A stretch of DNA of 64,000 nt from Longimicrobiales bacterium (GCA_041690395.1 JAWLHJ010000003.1:448001-512000), one strand, 5' to 3'; shown: positions 1 through 10,759, counted from the first letter of the stretch. The notes: generated by a model not told the origin, from the sequence alone. Translations and numbers: made by a program.

Positions 1-57
1 GTGCCTCTTCGCCGGGCCACGTCGGTGGATCCACGGGTGGTGCTCCAAGAGGAGTGA
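1..57 (+). CDS. C-terminal end of a MacB/FtsX-type (ADOP-like) permease, partial
   Basis: Reads VPLRRATSVDPRVVLQEE*, matching the P-xx-RA-xx-V-D-P C-termini of the two downstream permeases. Confidence 0.7.
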   Translation: MPLRRATSVDPRVVLQEE

Positions 58-246
58 TCAAGACCCGGCCTCCGCTATTCGCTCTTGAGATGAACCGCCG
101 GTTCCCGGGGATGTTTTCTTGCTCGGGATTTCCTCTTTGATGCCCCTAGCGGACGGGTTCATTGGCAGGCAGTTGCGCCCGGCCCAATAGTACTACATTG
201 TGGGCATTGCGATCCAGCAGTCGGCCCGCAACCGAGGAGCCTCAGC

Positions 247-579
247 ATGGGACAGTTGGGTGAGTTCGAGCAGATGGTCTTGTTCTCAGTGCTCCGGCTG
301 GGTGACGAGGCGTACGGTCTCGCCATCCGCGACGTGATCAAGGACAAGACCGGGCGCACTGTCTCCTCCGGAGCCATCTACACCACGCTCGGGCGGCTCG
401 AGGACAGACGCCTCATCGCGTCCAGCGTCGGCTTACCGATTCCCGGTCGCGCCGGCAGGCCAAGGAAGTACTACACGCTCACGCGATCCGGGGCGAAGGC
501 GTTGATGGCCGCATACAGGACGACGCAGAACCTGGCGGACGGCCTTGTAGCGACGCTCGCAGACCTCGCCGAGGGTTGA
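247..579 (+). CDS. PadR-family transcriptional regulator
   Basis: LGEFEQMVL..AYG..I...SGAIYTTLGRLE...RPRKYYTLT winged-HTH pattern; GGAG RBS upstream. Confidence 0.9.
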   Translation: MGQLGEFEQMVLFSVLRLGDEAYGLAIRDVIKDKTGRTVSSGAIYTTLGRLEDRRLIASSVGLPIPGRAGRPRKYYTLTRSGAKALMAAYRTTQNLADGLVATLADLAEG

Positions 580-583
580 AGCG

Positions 584-3244
584 ATGACATCCATGCATCG
601 TCCTCCACGAGGCCTCCGCGTGATCGCGGCTCTTCTCATTCGTGGTGTTTACGCGCAGGACATCCTCGACGACCTGGACGAACTGATGATCCGGGACCTG
701 CAGCGTGGGGTCCCCCGGTGGCGTGCGAGGCTCCGTTACGCGAGGAACATGCTCGCATCCGCGATCACCCTCTGGTGGGATCGATTAGGTGGCCTGGCGG
801 GGCGGGGACCGTCGTTGCTGGACATGAAGTTGGGCATCCGGATGCTCACGAAGCGTCCCGGTTTGACGCTGGCCGGAGGTCTCGCGCTGTCTCTGGCGCT
901 CACGATCGTGGTGGCCTACGCGTGGATCGACGACAACGTCCTGAGGCCCTCCTTGCCGTTCGAAGACGGAGGTCGAGTGGTCAGCCTCCAGAGATGGGAC
1001 ACCAGATCGGGGAGGCAGGAGCTCAGGCTCCTCCACGACCTTGTTACGTGGAGGGACGAGCTCCAGTCCATCCAGGACGTCGGTGCCGCGCTTCTCACGA
1101 CCCCCAACGTCGTCACCGGCGATGGTCAGGGCATCCCGGCATTCGGCGCCAGGATCAGCGCATCCGCCTTCCGGGTCACCGGAATCCCCCCGCTCTTCGG
1201 TAGGCCGCTGCAGGAGCAGGATGAGATGGCGGGCGCCCCGCCCGTGGCGGTTGTTGGCTACGACCTCTGGCAGAGCCGTTTCGGCGGCGACCCCGACGTC
1301 GTGGGCCAACGCATCCGCTTGGATACGGTGGAGGCCGAGATCGTGGGGATCATGCCGAGCGGATTTCGGTTTCCGCTGCGGGAGCAGCTCTGGCTTCCCC
1401 TCGGCCAAGAAGCCTCGAGGCATGCGCGAGGAGACGGCCCTCCGGTTCGCGTCTTCGGTCGCCTGGCGCCGGGCGTCTCCATCGAGGAGGCGGAAGCCGA
1501 GTTGGCCGGCATCGAGCGGAACCTGGCCGCTGCATCCCTGGAGACAGAGGCCCAGTTCCGGCCGCGAGTCCTACCATGGGCGGAGCTTGTGATGCCGCGG
1601 GGAAGCTCGGTGTTCGTCACCAGCACCTTACTCATCGTCGTGCTCATCCTGCTCGTGATGAGCGCGAACGTCGGAGTTCTCGTATTCGCGAGGAACGCCG
1701 AACGGGAGCGCGAAATCGCCATGCGGGCCGCGCTGGGGGCCAGCCGGCGTCGCATCGTGCTTCAACTCTTCGTGGAAGGCTTCGCGCTAGCGTCCGTCGC
1801 GGCGGCCCTTGCCCTCCTGCTGGGGCACTACGCCGTGGGGCGCGGCCTCGATGTCATGAGGGTTCAATGGGGGTACGTCCCGTTCTGGCTCAGCCGCGAG
1901 CTGCCTTCGCGAACCATTCCCTATGTGTTGGCGTTCACATTCCTGGCGGCGCTCGTCGCCAGCATCCCTCCAGCCCTCAAGCTGACCAGAGGCCGGTTCG
2001 GCAGCGCGATCCGCCAGGCGGGCGAGGGCGGATCCGGGCTCCGTTTCGGCCGGATCGCCACGGCCGTCATCGTGTTCCAGGTCGCCATCTCCGTCGCATT
2101 GCTCACTCGGTCGGCGAACATGCTCGCCGAGCTCCCAGGCGCGTTCGGCAGATCGGTCGATGGCGTTCCCCTCGCCGCTGAGGAGTATCTCGTGGCGCAG
2201 CTGGAGTTAGCCGGTGACCCGAGGAGTGGGACGGCTGACGAGTCTTCCGAGGACATGGTCAGGAACCACTACCGAGCGTCACGCGAGGCGCTGGCGGAGC
2301 GCCTTCGAGCCGAGCCCGAGGTGACCGGCGTGACCTTCGCGAGCGCGCTCCCGATCGGCGAGCAACCAGAGCGTCGTATCGAGATCGAGGGTTTGTCGAT
2401 ACCTGACGCCACAAGCACGGGATACGCGGTCCGCTCCTCGGCCGTAGCGCCTGGCTTTTTCGAGGTGATGGCCTCGCCTATCGTCGCCGGGCGAGACTTC
2501 CTACCGTCGGAAGACGCCGCTGCCGTTGCTGTCGTCGACGAAGCATTCGTAGAGCGCCTCTTGCCCGGAGAAGATGCGGTCGGCCGTCGCATCAGGTTCT
2601 CGGACGTGCCCCAGCAAGCGAGCGAGTGGCTCGAGATCATCGGCGTCGTTCGGCGGGTCGGGGCGGACGCCGGGGGGGCCGTAACACCGCCCGCGATCTA
2701 CACCCCGCTCGACCCCCTCGCTTCGGACGTGTACATGGCAGTCCACGTCGGCGCAGCCCCGGACGACTTCCCGTCCCGCCTCCGTGCCATGAGCACCGCG
2801 GTCGATCCAGCGATGCGCCTCTGGGACCTGGCCTCGCTCGAGGAAATCGCCGAGCGCGCCGCCCTCACAAGTCGATCGGCCACGCTCCTAGTGTCGTTGA
2901 TGGCCCTCGCGGCATTGACGCTTTGCCTGGCCGGCGTCTACGCCCTGATGTCGTTCATCGTCTCGAGACGCATTCGGGAAATCGGGATTCGAACGGCTCT
3001 GGGAGCCGGCCCGCGACGAATCGTCTCCTCCATCTTCTCCAGGGCCCTCATACAGCTCGGTCTTGGGCTGGCCGCGGGGGTACTCGTCTCGATCGTGCTC
3101 GGCGGAGGGTGGAGTGCGAGTCTCGAGAGCGGCTCGCTCGTCGCGGTAGCCGGAATGATGGGTGTGATGGGCCTGCTGGCGTGCGCCCTGCCGACCTGGC
3201 GGGCACTTCGAGTTCAGCCGACCGAGGCGTTCCGCGAGGTGTAG
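584..3244 (+). CDS. Duplicated MacB/FtsX-type (ADOP-like) permease without ATPase domain
   Basis: Two periplasmic+FtsX modules (REIAMRAALGASRRRI and REIGIRTALGAGPRRI); N-terminal helical prefix domain (RPPR..DDLDE). Confidence 0.85.
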   Translation: MTSMHRPPRGLRVIAALLIRGVYAQDILDDLDELMIRDLQRGVPRWRARLRYARNMLASAITLWWDRLGGLAGRGPSLLDMKLGIRMLTKRPGLTLAGGLALSLALTIVVAYAWIDDNVLRPSLPFEDGGRVVSLQRWDTRSGRQELRLLHDLVTWRDELQSIQDVGAALLTTPNVVTGDGQGIPAFGARISASAFRVTGIPPLFGRPLQEQDEMAGAPPVAVVGYDLWQSRFGGDPDVVGQRIRLDTVEAEIVGIMPSGFRFPLREQLWLPLGQEASRHARGDGPPVRVFGRLAPGVSIEEAEAELAGIERNLAAASLETEAQFRPRVLPWAELVMPRGSSVFVTSTLLIVVLILLVMSANVGVLVFARNAEREREIAMRAALGASRRRIVLQLFVEGFALASVAAALALLLGHYAVGRGLDVMRVQWGYVPFWLSRELPSRTIPYVLAFTFLAALVASIPPALKLTRGRFGSAIRQAGEGGSGLRFGRIATAVIVFQVAISVALLTRSANMLAELPGAFGRSVDGVPLAAEEYLVAQLELAGDPRSGTADESSEDMVRNHYRASREALAERLRAEPEVTGVTFASALPIGEQPERRIEIEGLSIPDATSTGYAVRSSAVAPGFFEVMASPIVAGRDFLPSEDAAAVAVVDEAFVERLLPGEDAVGRRIRFSDVPQQASEWLEIIGVVRRVGADAGGAVTPPAIYTPLDPLASDVYMAVHVGAAPDDFPSRLRAMSTAVDPAMRLWDLASLEEIAERAALTSRSATLLVSLMALAALTLCLAGVYALMSFIVSRRIREIGIRTALGAGPRRIVSSIFSRALIQLGLGLAAGVLVSIVLGGGWSASLESGSLVAVAGMMGVMGLLACALPTWRALRVQPTEAFREV

Positions 3245-3268
3245 CAGGCACTGGCTGAGGCCAACACT

Positions 3269-3769
3269 TCAGCCCCGCCGAGTGCGGCTGAGAACGAGAG
3301 CCCCAACCCCACTCACCGCCGCCGCAGCGACCAGAACGGCCACCGTCCCACTCAGCCAGCTCCGCTGACCGAGTGCGAGGACCACGGCGGCACCCGCCAG
3401 CCCCAGCACGCCCAACATGCCCGCCTGCGCGAGCCGCCGGGGCACAGCGTCGACTCGCGTCCCCTGCCCCGCCCAACCCATCGCATTCAGCTCGGCCGCC
3501 ACGAGCAGCAGAGACGCGAGCGGAGGCACGAGCCAGGAGGTCGCGTCTCCGAACAGCAAGACCGCCACAGGCGCGAGGCTCAACACAAGGGCCGGCGTCA
3601 GCTCCCGCGGATCCGAGAACGCCGCTGGTACCGCCATCAACACCCCGACGACTCCCACGACAGCGAGCCACCACCGGACCCCTGTCGGCGACGCCGTGAG
3701 TGCGATGCCGACGACCAGGATCACGAGGACCACCGACCCCCAGCCGAACAGCACGCGGGTCCGGCTCAA
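3269..3769 (-). CDS. Hypothetical multi-pass membrane protein
   Basis: Hydrophobic segments; TTG start overlaps the DUF58 stop (TTGA). Confidence 0.6.
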   Translation of the reverse strand: MSRTRVLFGWGSVVLVILVVGIALTASPTGVRWWLAVVGVVGVLMAVPAAFSDPRELTPALVLSLAPVAVLLFGDATSWLVPPLASLLLVAAELNAMGWAGQGTRVDAVPRRLAQAGMLGVLGLAGAAVVLALGQRSWLSGTVAVLVAAAAVSGVGALVLSRTRRG

Positions 3770-5067
3770 CGGGCCCTCCTGAGCGTCGAAGCCCGCCGCG
3801 CGCGCTGGAGCGCTCCGATGACCGGCGTCATCGCGCCGTCCAACGGCGCCTGGACCACGGGAATGCCGATCTTCCTGAGCGCCGATCTCCGCCCGGCGAG
3901 CTCGAACGCCCACAACCGGCGGGCCAACCTGTCGGCCTCCGATTCCACCGGCCCGAGCTGGTCCATGACATCGATCATGACCACGGCGATGGAGCGGCCA
4001 CGGGCCCGCCACTTCGTGAGCACCCTGAGCACGGCAGCATCATGTAGCGTCGTCAGCACGATGACGAGCGCCGCCCTGGGAACGGCCACGTTCTGCCGCG
4101 AGGACATGACGCGGTCCGCGGCCTCGCCCCCGATGCGAAGAAGGGTCTCCATCAGTCTGTACTGAGCCAGCCGACCACCCGCCGGCGGCAGCCACTGGGT
4201 GCTCCCGCCGAGACCCACGAGGCCTACTCTGTCGTTGGCGCGCATATGCAGGGACGCCAGTCCCCAGGCCACTCTCGCGGTGCGTGCCAGGACGGCGCCC
4301 GCCGCGGCGGAGCCGTCGTCAAGGGCGTCGATGGCGATGACCACCTCGCCGGACACCTCCGGGTGGTGGCGATTCACGAACGCCCGGCCATGCCTGGCCG
4401 TGGCGGCCCAGTTCAGGTCCCGCAGGCGATCGCCGGGCACGTAGGGCCGGAGCTCTGCGAACTCGTGTCCATCCCCCAGTCGGCTGGATCTGTGCAGGCC
4501 CCAGACCGCTCTCGACTGGGGCGGACTGAGCAGCTTGTTCAGCCGCTCGCTTCCGGGCAGCACGCGGATGGCAGGACCCGCCATGATCCGCCCAGTCCAG
4601 GTGAGCAGCCCGAACGGCAGCGTCAACCTGAGCCAGAGCTCTCCAAGCGAGTGGCGACCCCACTGCACCGCATCCATCCGAACGGGGAGCTCGACGGACG
4701 AGCATCCCAGGACTCGTCGCGACGCTCCCTCACCGCTCCCGGTCACCACACCCTTGAGGCGATCCAACATCACGTGGGCATCGAAGTCCCCGTCCCACCA
4801 TACGAGGATCTTCCCCGTCACCACATCACCCTCGAGCACCTGATCCGAGTCCAGGATCATCCGGGCGTTGACCTCCACCTGGCCGAGACGGCGGAGCCCC
4901 AGCGCCAAGGCCAGGGCGAAGGGCACCCCGATGGCCGCAAGCACGCCCTCACCGAGCACCACGCCCGCCGCGAGGGCCCCGAACGCGATGACGAGGTAGG
5001 GGACGAGCCTCCCGTCACGCGCCGGCGACAGCGTGATCGTCTCCGTCGCTTCCACCGGAGGGATCAA
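3766..5067 (-). CDS. DUF58-domain protein (MoxR partner)
   Basis: GHEFAELRPYVPGDRLRDLNWAATAR signature; N-terminal TM helices; TTG start overlaps the MoxR stop. Confidence 0.85.
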   Translation of the reverse strand: MIPPVEATETITLSPARDGRLVPYLVIAFGALAAGVVLGEGVLAAIGVPFALALALGLRRLGQVEVNARMILDSDQVLEGDVVTGKILVWWDGDFDAHVMLDRLKGVVTGSGEGASRRVLGCSSVELPVRMDAVQWGRHSLGELWLRLTLPFGLLTWTGRIMAGPAIRVLPGSERLNKLLSPPQSRAVWGLHRSSRLGDGHEFAELRPYVPGDRLRDLNWAATARHGRAFVNRHHPEVSGEVVIAIDALDDGSAAAGAVLARTARVAWGLASLHMRANDRVGLVGLGGSTQWLPPAGGRLAQYRLMETLLRIGGEAADRVMSSRQNVAVPRAALVIVLTTLHDAAVLRVLTKWRARGRSIAVVMIDVMDQLGPVESEADRLARRLWAFELAGRRSALRKIGIPVVQAPLDGAMTPVIGALQRARRASTLRRAR

Positions 5068-6053
5068 GACCAGCTCGGCGCCTCGACGGAGTCCACGATC
5101 CGGCCGACGACGTCCTCGGCCGAGACTTGTCGGGCCCACGCTTCGGCCTTGAGCACGACACGGTGGGCGAGCGTGGGAACGGCGATGGTACGCATGTCGT
5201 CCGGGCTCACGAAGTCCCGTCCGTCGAGCACGGCGCGGGCCCTGGCCAGCTTCAACAGGGCCAGCGATCCCCGGGGGCTGGCGCCCACCTCGAGTTGCCC
5301 GTCCTCGCGCGTCGCGGTGACCAGGCTCACGGCGTACCGCCGCAGGTCCTCCTCCACGTGCACGTCCTCCAGGCTCCGCTGCATGGCCGCGAACTCCGTG
5401 GCACCGACCACGGCCGTCAGGAGGACGTCGTCCTGCTTCCTGGCCGCGCGCCTGGACAGGATCTCCACTTCGTCCTCGGCGTCGGGATATCCGATGGTGG
5501 TGCGCAGGATGAAGCGATCGAGCTGTGCCTCGGGAAGCGGATAGGTGCCTTCGGATTCGATGGGGTTCTGGGTGGCGATGACGAGGAACGGGAGCGGAAG
5601 GCGGTGGGTGGTTCCGTCCGCGGTGACCTGTCGCTCCTGCATGGCCTCGAGCAGCGCCGCCTGGGTCTTGGCCGGCGCCCGGTTCACCTCGTCCGCGAGA
5701 ATGAGCTGCGCGAAGACGGGTCCCTCACGGAACTTCGGCTGGTTCGTCGCCAGGTCCAGCACCGTCGCGCCCGTGATGTCGGCGGGCAGCACGTCGGGAG
5801 TGAACTGGACCCGCGAGAAGTCCAATCCCGCCGCCGTGGCGAAGGCACGCGCGATGAGCGTCTTGGCGACACCGGGCACGTCGTCGAGGAGCACGTGGCC
5901 GTCCGCGAGGAGGCCGGCAAGGACGAGCTCGAGCACGGGCCGCTTGCCCACGACGGCCCGCTCCACCTCGGCCAGGATGCGGCTCGCCGCGTCCGCGGTC
6001 TCGGATACGCTCGCGGCTTCCACCATGTTCTCGGTCTCAGGCGATGCAGTCAC
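5064..6053 (-). CDS. MoxR-family AAA+ ATPase
   Basis: HVLLDDVPGVAKT, RVQFTPDVLPAD, LADEVNRAPAKTQAALLEAMQE, EGTYPLPEAQLDRF. Confidence 0.95.
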   Translation of the reverse strand: MTASPETENMVEAASVSETADAASRILAEVERAVVGKRPVLELVLAGLLADGHVLLDDVPGVAKTLIARAFATAAGLDFSRVQFTPDVLPADITGATVLDLATNQPKFREGPVFAQLILADEVNRAPAKTQAALLEAMQERQVTADGTTHRLPLPFLVIATQNPIESEGTYPLPEAQLDRFILRTTIGYPDAEDEVEILSRRAARKQDDVLLTAVVGATEFAAMQRSLEDVHVEEDLRRYAVSLVTATREDGQLEVGASPRGSLALLKLARARAVLDGRDFVSPDDMRTIAVPTLAHRVVLKAEAWARQVSAEDVVGRIVDSVEAPSWS

Positions 6054-6592
6054 AGATTCTCCAGATCGTCGAGGATGCGACTCAAGTCGCTCATGGGGAC
6101 GGGGCCGCGGAAGGAGGGATCGTTGGCGAATGCCGGCGCGTCGCCGAGCATCGGCTGGATGAGGGCCCAGGTGGGTTCCGACAGCAGCTCCCGGGCTCGT
6201 GCGTGGTCCTGGGGATCACTCAGGACCACACCATGGCGGTCCGCCAGGCGCCGCGATGCCTCGGCATGGACGATCTCCGCGGCCTCGCCGGGGATGGCCG
6301 CGCGCCTCGCCCGGCGAATGTCACCGGCGGCACTCAGCCGATTGGTCAGAGCCTCGAGCGCGGCGGGTCCGGCCCGTGGATCCCACCCCGCCTGTGCGCG
6401 GTCGAACGGCGAGTAGACCTCATGGCTCATCCGCATGGGAAGCGAAGAGCGGTAGATACGAACGCCCACCCATCCGAAGGCCAGCGTGGCGAGGAGCATC
6501 TGCAGCATGCGCTCCGCCACATGGGGCCAGGCGATGGCGATGACGAGATAGGCGCCACTCGCCATCGCCGTGGCAGACGCGAACGACCTCAT
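6050..6592 (-). CDS. Hypothetical membrane protein of the MoxR operon
   Basis: Two N-terminal TM segments; 4-nt overlaps with both neighbours. Confidence 0.7.
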   Translation of the reverse strand: MRSFASATAMASGAYLVIAIAWPHVAERMLQMLLATLAFGWVGVRIYRSSLPMRMSHEVYSPFDRAQAGWDPRAGPAALEALTNRLSAAGDIRRARRAAIPGEAAEIVHAEASRRLADRHGVVLSDPQDHARARELLSEPTWALIQPMLGDAPAFANDPSFRGPVPMSDLSRILDDLENL

Positions 6593-7530
6593 GCGACGCC
6601 CGAAGTCGAAGACGATTCAACCGGCGCGGCGAGGTTAGACGCCACCTGCCGCAGCGCGCCGAGCGCACGGTCGCGGTCCGACGCGGTCAGGGTGTGCGTG
6701 GAGAAGCGTGCCTCCTCGAAGAGCCCGATGAGCCGCTCCAGGGGCTCTGACGGGATATCCAGGACGGACAGGACGCGGTGGAGGTGCTCCTTGGGTCCCT
6801 CGTAGTCCTTCCGCGCGGCGCCGCGCGTCGAGAGTTCCGTCTGCAGGCGCGCGTAAGCACCGATGATCGCGGTCCTCGGGTCCGGGTCCGCCAGCATCGC
6901 GTCGATGGTGGCGAGGATCGCCCCGCGCGCGGCTTCACGGCGCCTATCCACGTTCAACGTCGGTGTCGGGAGGCGCACACGGCGCCGTGTGGACCACCAG
7001 GTGGTCGCCACCGCGACCAGACCGATCACACCCACGATGAGCAGGAACACGAGAACGAGCGCGGGCGCGTCGGGACGGTCCAGCGCGGCGCCCTCCCCTG
7101 GCTCGGCCTCTCCGGCCTGGCGCGTGGCCGAGCCGCCCCAGTCCATCCGGAGACGTACTCCCTCCCGACCAGGCGGCAGATCCACGCTGGGTACCTGGAC
7201 ACGCGGACCCTGGTACTGCGCGAGGTCCGTCTGCGCGATGGCCACCAGGCTCACCAGGACGACCCCGACCGTCGCGGCCGGCCAAGCCCTGTGCAGGGTC
7301 TCGCGCCACGACCGGCCCGTACCACCCCCGGCGCCTCGCAGGATCCATATGACGCCGACGACCGCCACCGCGACGCACGCCACACCAGCCACCATCCCCA
7401 CGAGTCGGATGAGGGGCGCGGTCCCTTCCCTGGCTGGAGCCCACACCGACGTGTGCGCGGTGGCCGCGACCAGGCCGTAGAGCACGGTCACGCCCGCGAT
7501 CGACAGCGCTGTTGCGGAAGGGCGGGCCAC
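6589..7530 (-). CDS. DUF4129-domain membrane protein
   Basis: C-terminal DPRTAIIGAYARL...E..EHL...LFEEARFS; GTG start with GGAG upstream (start inferred). Confidence 0.75.
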   Translation of the reverse strand: MARPSATALSIAGVTVLYGLVAATAHTSVWAPAREGTAPLIRLVGMVAGVACVAVAVVGVIWILRGAGGGTGRSWRETLHRAWPAATVGVVLVSLVAIAQTDLAQYQGPRVQVPSVDLPPGREGVRLRMDWGGSATRQAGEAEPGEGAALDRPDAPALVLVFLLIVGVIGLVAVATTWWSTRRRVRLPTPTLNVDRRREAARGAILATIDAMLADPDPRTAIIGAYARLQTELSTRGAARKDYEGPKEHLHRVLSVLDIPSEPLERLIGLFEEARFSTHTLTASDRDRALGALRQVASNLAAPVESSSTSGVA

Positions 7531-7701
7531 CTCGTCACTCCATCCCAGGCGATTGCCACGAGCGATTCGCGTGCAGGGGGCAACCTTGCCCCAGGGTAGG
7601 CGCTCCGGCAAGCACGCCCGGGGTCCAGCGCCTACCCGTCGATTGCCCCCAACCACAGCCGACTGGCCCCGGCTCGCGGAATCCGGGTGCACAGGGTATC
7701 A

Positions 7702-7717
7702 TATACAAGATTGTATA
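7702..7717. promoter_or_regulatory. Palindrome TATACAA-GA-TTGTATA, candidate PadR operator overlapping a -10-like element
   Basis: Perfect 7-bp inverted repeat, AT-rich, immediately before the PadR start. Confidence 0.65.
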
Positions 7718-7721
7718 AATC

Positions 7722-8060
7722 ATGGGAAGGGTCATGAGACACGGATCACTCGGAGAGTTCGAGCACCTCGTGCTCCTCGCCACGCTCCACCTCGGAAGCG
7801 ACGCCTATGGAGTGTCGGTCTCGGAGTTCATCGAGGAGCGGACGGGCCGCAGGGTGAATCAGGCGGCGACCTACCTGACGCTTCGGCGCCTCGAAGAGAA
7901 GGAGCTCGTCCAATCCTCCATGGGCGAGCCCACCCCTGAGCGAGGAGGCCGGGCGAAGCGCCTGTTTACGTTGACAGATGCCGGTAGGGTGCAGCTCCGG
8001 GAGAAGCGCGAGGAGCTGATGGCCATGTGGGAAGGCATCCCTGAGAGCCTCGGACCATGA
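7722..8060 (+). CDS. PadR-family transcriptional regulator (alternative start 7734)
   Basis: LGEFEHLVLL..AYG...TYLTLRRLEEKELV...PTPERGGRAKRLF. Confidence 0.9.
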   Translation: MGRVMRHGSLGEFEHLVLLATLHLGSDAYGVSVSEFIEERTGRRVNQAATYLTLRRLEEKELVQSSMGEPTPERGGRAKRLFTLTDAGRVQLREKREELMAMWEGIPESLGP

Positions 8061-10659
8061 GCCGCCCCCCGAGGTTGGCCGAGCGTCTCATCCGACTGCT
8101 CCTTCCGGGGGAGGAGCACGACGAGCTCCTCGGCGACCTGCACGAGCGGTTCCAGGGTGTCCTCGGTCGCAAGGGCCCGGTGCGGGCGGTTGCCTGGTAT
8201 TGGATGCAGACCTTCCGCTCGACGCCGCACCTCCTCCTGGGGTGGCTGCGCCCTGTGCCTCGGCGGGGGCGCCTCTCGACGCATCAGGGGGTTTCCTTCG
8301 CGGGGACCGGATCCCCATTCCGCATCCTCCGGCAAGAGCCCCTGCTCTCCCTCACCACCGTCACGGTGCTCGCCATCGGCATCGGCGCTCCGACGACGAT
8401 GTACAGCATCGTCACCGGGCTCCGGCAGGGTCTTCCGCTCCCGGACGCGCAAGAACTGGTCGCCATCGCACGCGTGGACCCCGTTGTCGGGGGCGCCGCC
8501 GGCTTCGACGCACTCCAGTTCGACGCGGTGCGCGAGGCTCAGTCGGCCATGGCAGGCCTGGCCGCGTACCGCCCCGTCGGAGCGCAGATCGATGGCTGGC
8601 CCGGCGCGCCTACGCGAGCCATGGCGGTGGAGCTATCGGCCCACGCGTTCGCGCTTCTGGGCGTGGATCCAGTGCTGGGGCGCCTTCCCGGTGAAGCAGG
8701 CGCCGAGCCCGGTGCACCGCCGGGGTCCTGATCGGGGAGGATCACTGGCGCGATGTGTACGACTCGAGTCCAGGAGCCCTCGGATCTACGCTGCGCATCA
8801 ACGGGGTGATACGCACGGTTGTCGGCGTCCTCCCCTCGTGGTTTCGTTTTCCCGTCAGCCAGACGGTTTGGATGCCGCTGCCGGCGAACGGGCTCGAGGG
8901 TGCTCAGGCGGACCTCGGTCGCAGCCTTCAACTCTTCGGACGCCTGCGGGACGGAGTCGGCATCGACGTGGCGCAGACTGATCTCCAGCGCGCCGCGGCG
9001 ACCCTGGCCGCGTCCCCTCAGGCGGTTGAGGGCGTCGTCACCGTACGACCGTTCCAGGAGGCCTTCCTCGGTCGAGGCACCGTGGCATCCGTCCTCCTCC
9101 TCGTCGTGTCCTTCGTGCTGATCATCGCCTCCGCGAACGTCGCAACGCTCCTCCTGGGGCGGGCCCTCGGTCGACGAAAGGAGATCGCGGTACGCATGGC
9201 GCTCGGTGGATCCCGAGGAAGGATCCGACTGCAGTTCCTCAGCGAGGCCACCGTCCTGGCCGGACTCGGAGTCGCATTCGGGATCGCCTTCGCGTGGTTG
9301 GGTGTGGCCTGGTTCGACCGGTTCGTGCTGGCGCCGTACGTGGATCTGTGGTGGACCGAAGTCGCCGTCGACCGCCAGGCCCTGATTTTCGCCGGCTGCT
9401 GTGGTCTCGGCGCGGCCATCATCGCTGGCATCGCCCCGGCGATACGCGCCTCCGACGTGCAGCTGCTGGATGCCATGAGGGCCGACGCGACCGGGGCTTC
9501 GGTGGGTCGGGCCGGAGGGCTCACGGGATGGCTCGTCTCTGCCCAGCTTGCGCTGTCGTGCACGCTGCTGATCCTCACCACCGTCCTGGTGCAGGCCGCG
9601 GCGGTCGACGCGGGATCGGTCGCCGTTCACGATCCATCGACGGTGATGACGGGCCGCTTGACCCTCGGGCCATTCGACTATCCCGACGACAACGCGATCC
9701 GAGCCTTCGCTCGAGAGGTCGAGGCGGAGCTCCGGTCCATACCAGGCGTCTCCGGCGTTGCACTCGCCACGTCGTTGCCGGGGCTTTCGACCCAGACCAC
9801 CAGGGTCGCGCTAGGGGCATCGGGGGACAGCGTCGTCGTCCAGCACCGAGCCGTGTCGGCGTCGTTCTTCGACCTGGTCCCAATGGACTTCGTGGAAGGG
9901 AGTCCGTTTGGATCCGGGATAGATCGTCCGGAAGAGCAAGGCGTGGTCGTGACCGAGGAGCTCGCCCGCCGGCTGAGCCCTTCGGGGCCGGCCGTCGGAT
10001 TGACCCTGGAGGCGCGAGCGCTCGGACCGGCTCGAGTCGTCGGCGTGATCCGCCATCCCGAGAAACATCGAGCATCTGGGGCGCCGGTCCCCCTGCTCTT
10101 TCGGCCGATCGAACGCGCGGCTCCACGGGCCTTCCATTTCGCCGCGCGCACAACGACCACGTCCGCCGCGAGCGAGATCCGCGAAGCCCTCGCCTCCATC
10201 GACCCCAACCTCCCACTGGAGCGGCTCGAGTCGCTCGAGGATGCGCACCTCGAAGCATCGGCCATCGGTCGCCGGGTCGCTGGACTGTTTACAGCGTTCG
10301 GTATCATGGCCGTGGTCATCACCCTGGCCGGACTATATGGCACGATCCTGACCGCGGCCCGCAGACGGCGGAAGGAGATGGGCCTGCGGCATGCGCTGGG
10401 CGCGTCTACCGCCCAACTCATCATGGCCGCGGCAGGGCGTCCCTTCGCGCGTCACGTCCTGGGCCTGGCCGCCGGGGTCGGGATCGCCGTGTTGCTCGCG
10501 CCGGCGTTGCGGCCTCTCGCCCGCGGCGAGGCGCTATTCGATCCGGTGTCGTTCGTGGTGGTTCCCCTGCTGCTCACGGTGGTGGCGGGGTTGGCCGTCT
10601 ATATGCCGAGCCGGCGGGCGGCAGCGGTCGATCCGGCGGCGGAGCTGCGAGGGGAATAG
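8057..10659 (+). pseudogene. ADOP-like duplicated permease split by a 1-nt frameshift near 8722-8725
   Basis: ORF 8057-8731 ends PGAPPGS*; the -1 frame continues VLIGEDHWRDVY...GSTLRINGVIRTVVGVLP, collinear with VAVVGYDLWQSRF...GQRIRLD...IVGIMP of the 584-3244 paralog. Could be a sequencing error. Confidence 0.75.
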
Positions 10660-10759
10660 GCTGGAGCTATCCGCAGCAACCCAAAGTGAATCTGATAGGG
10701 ATAGGGAGATCTCCCGTACAAGGCGGGCGGTTACCGGAGGCAAAAGGGGTTCGCCGAAC

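Noticed and set aside
8729..8731. TGA as selenocysteine, given selB in the window
   Set aside because: Homology continues in a different frame, so this is a frameshift and not read-through.
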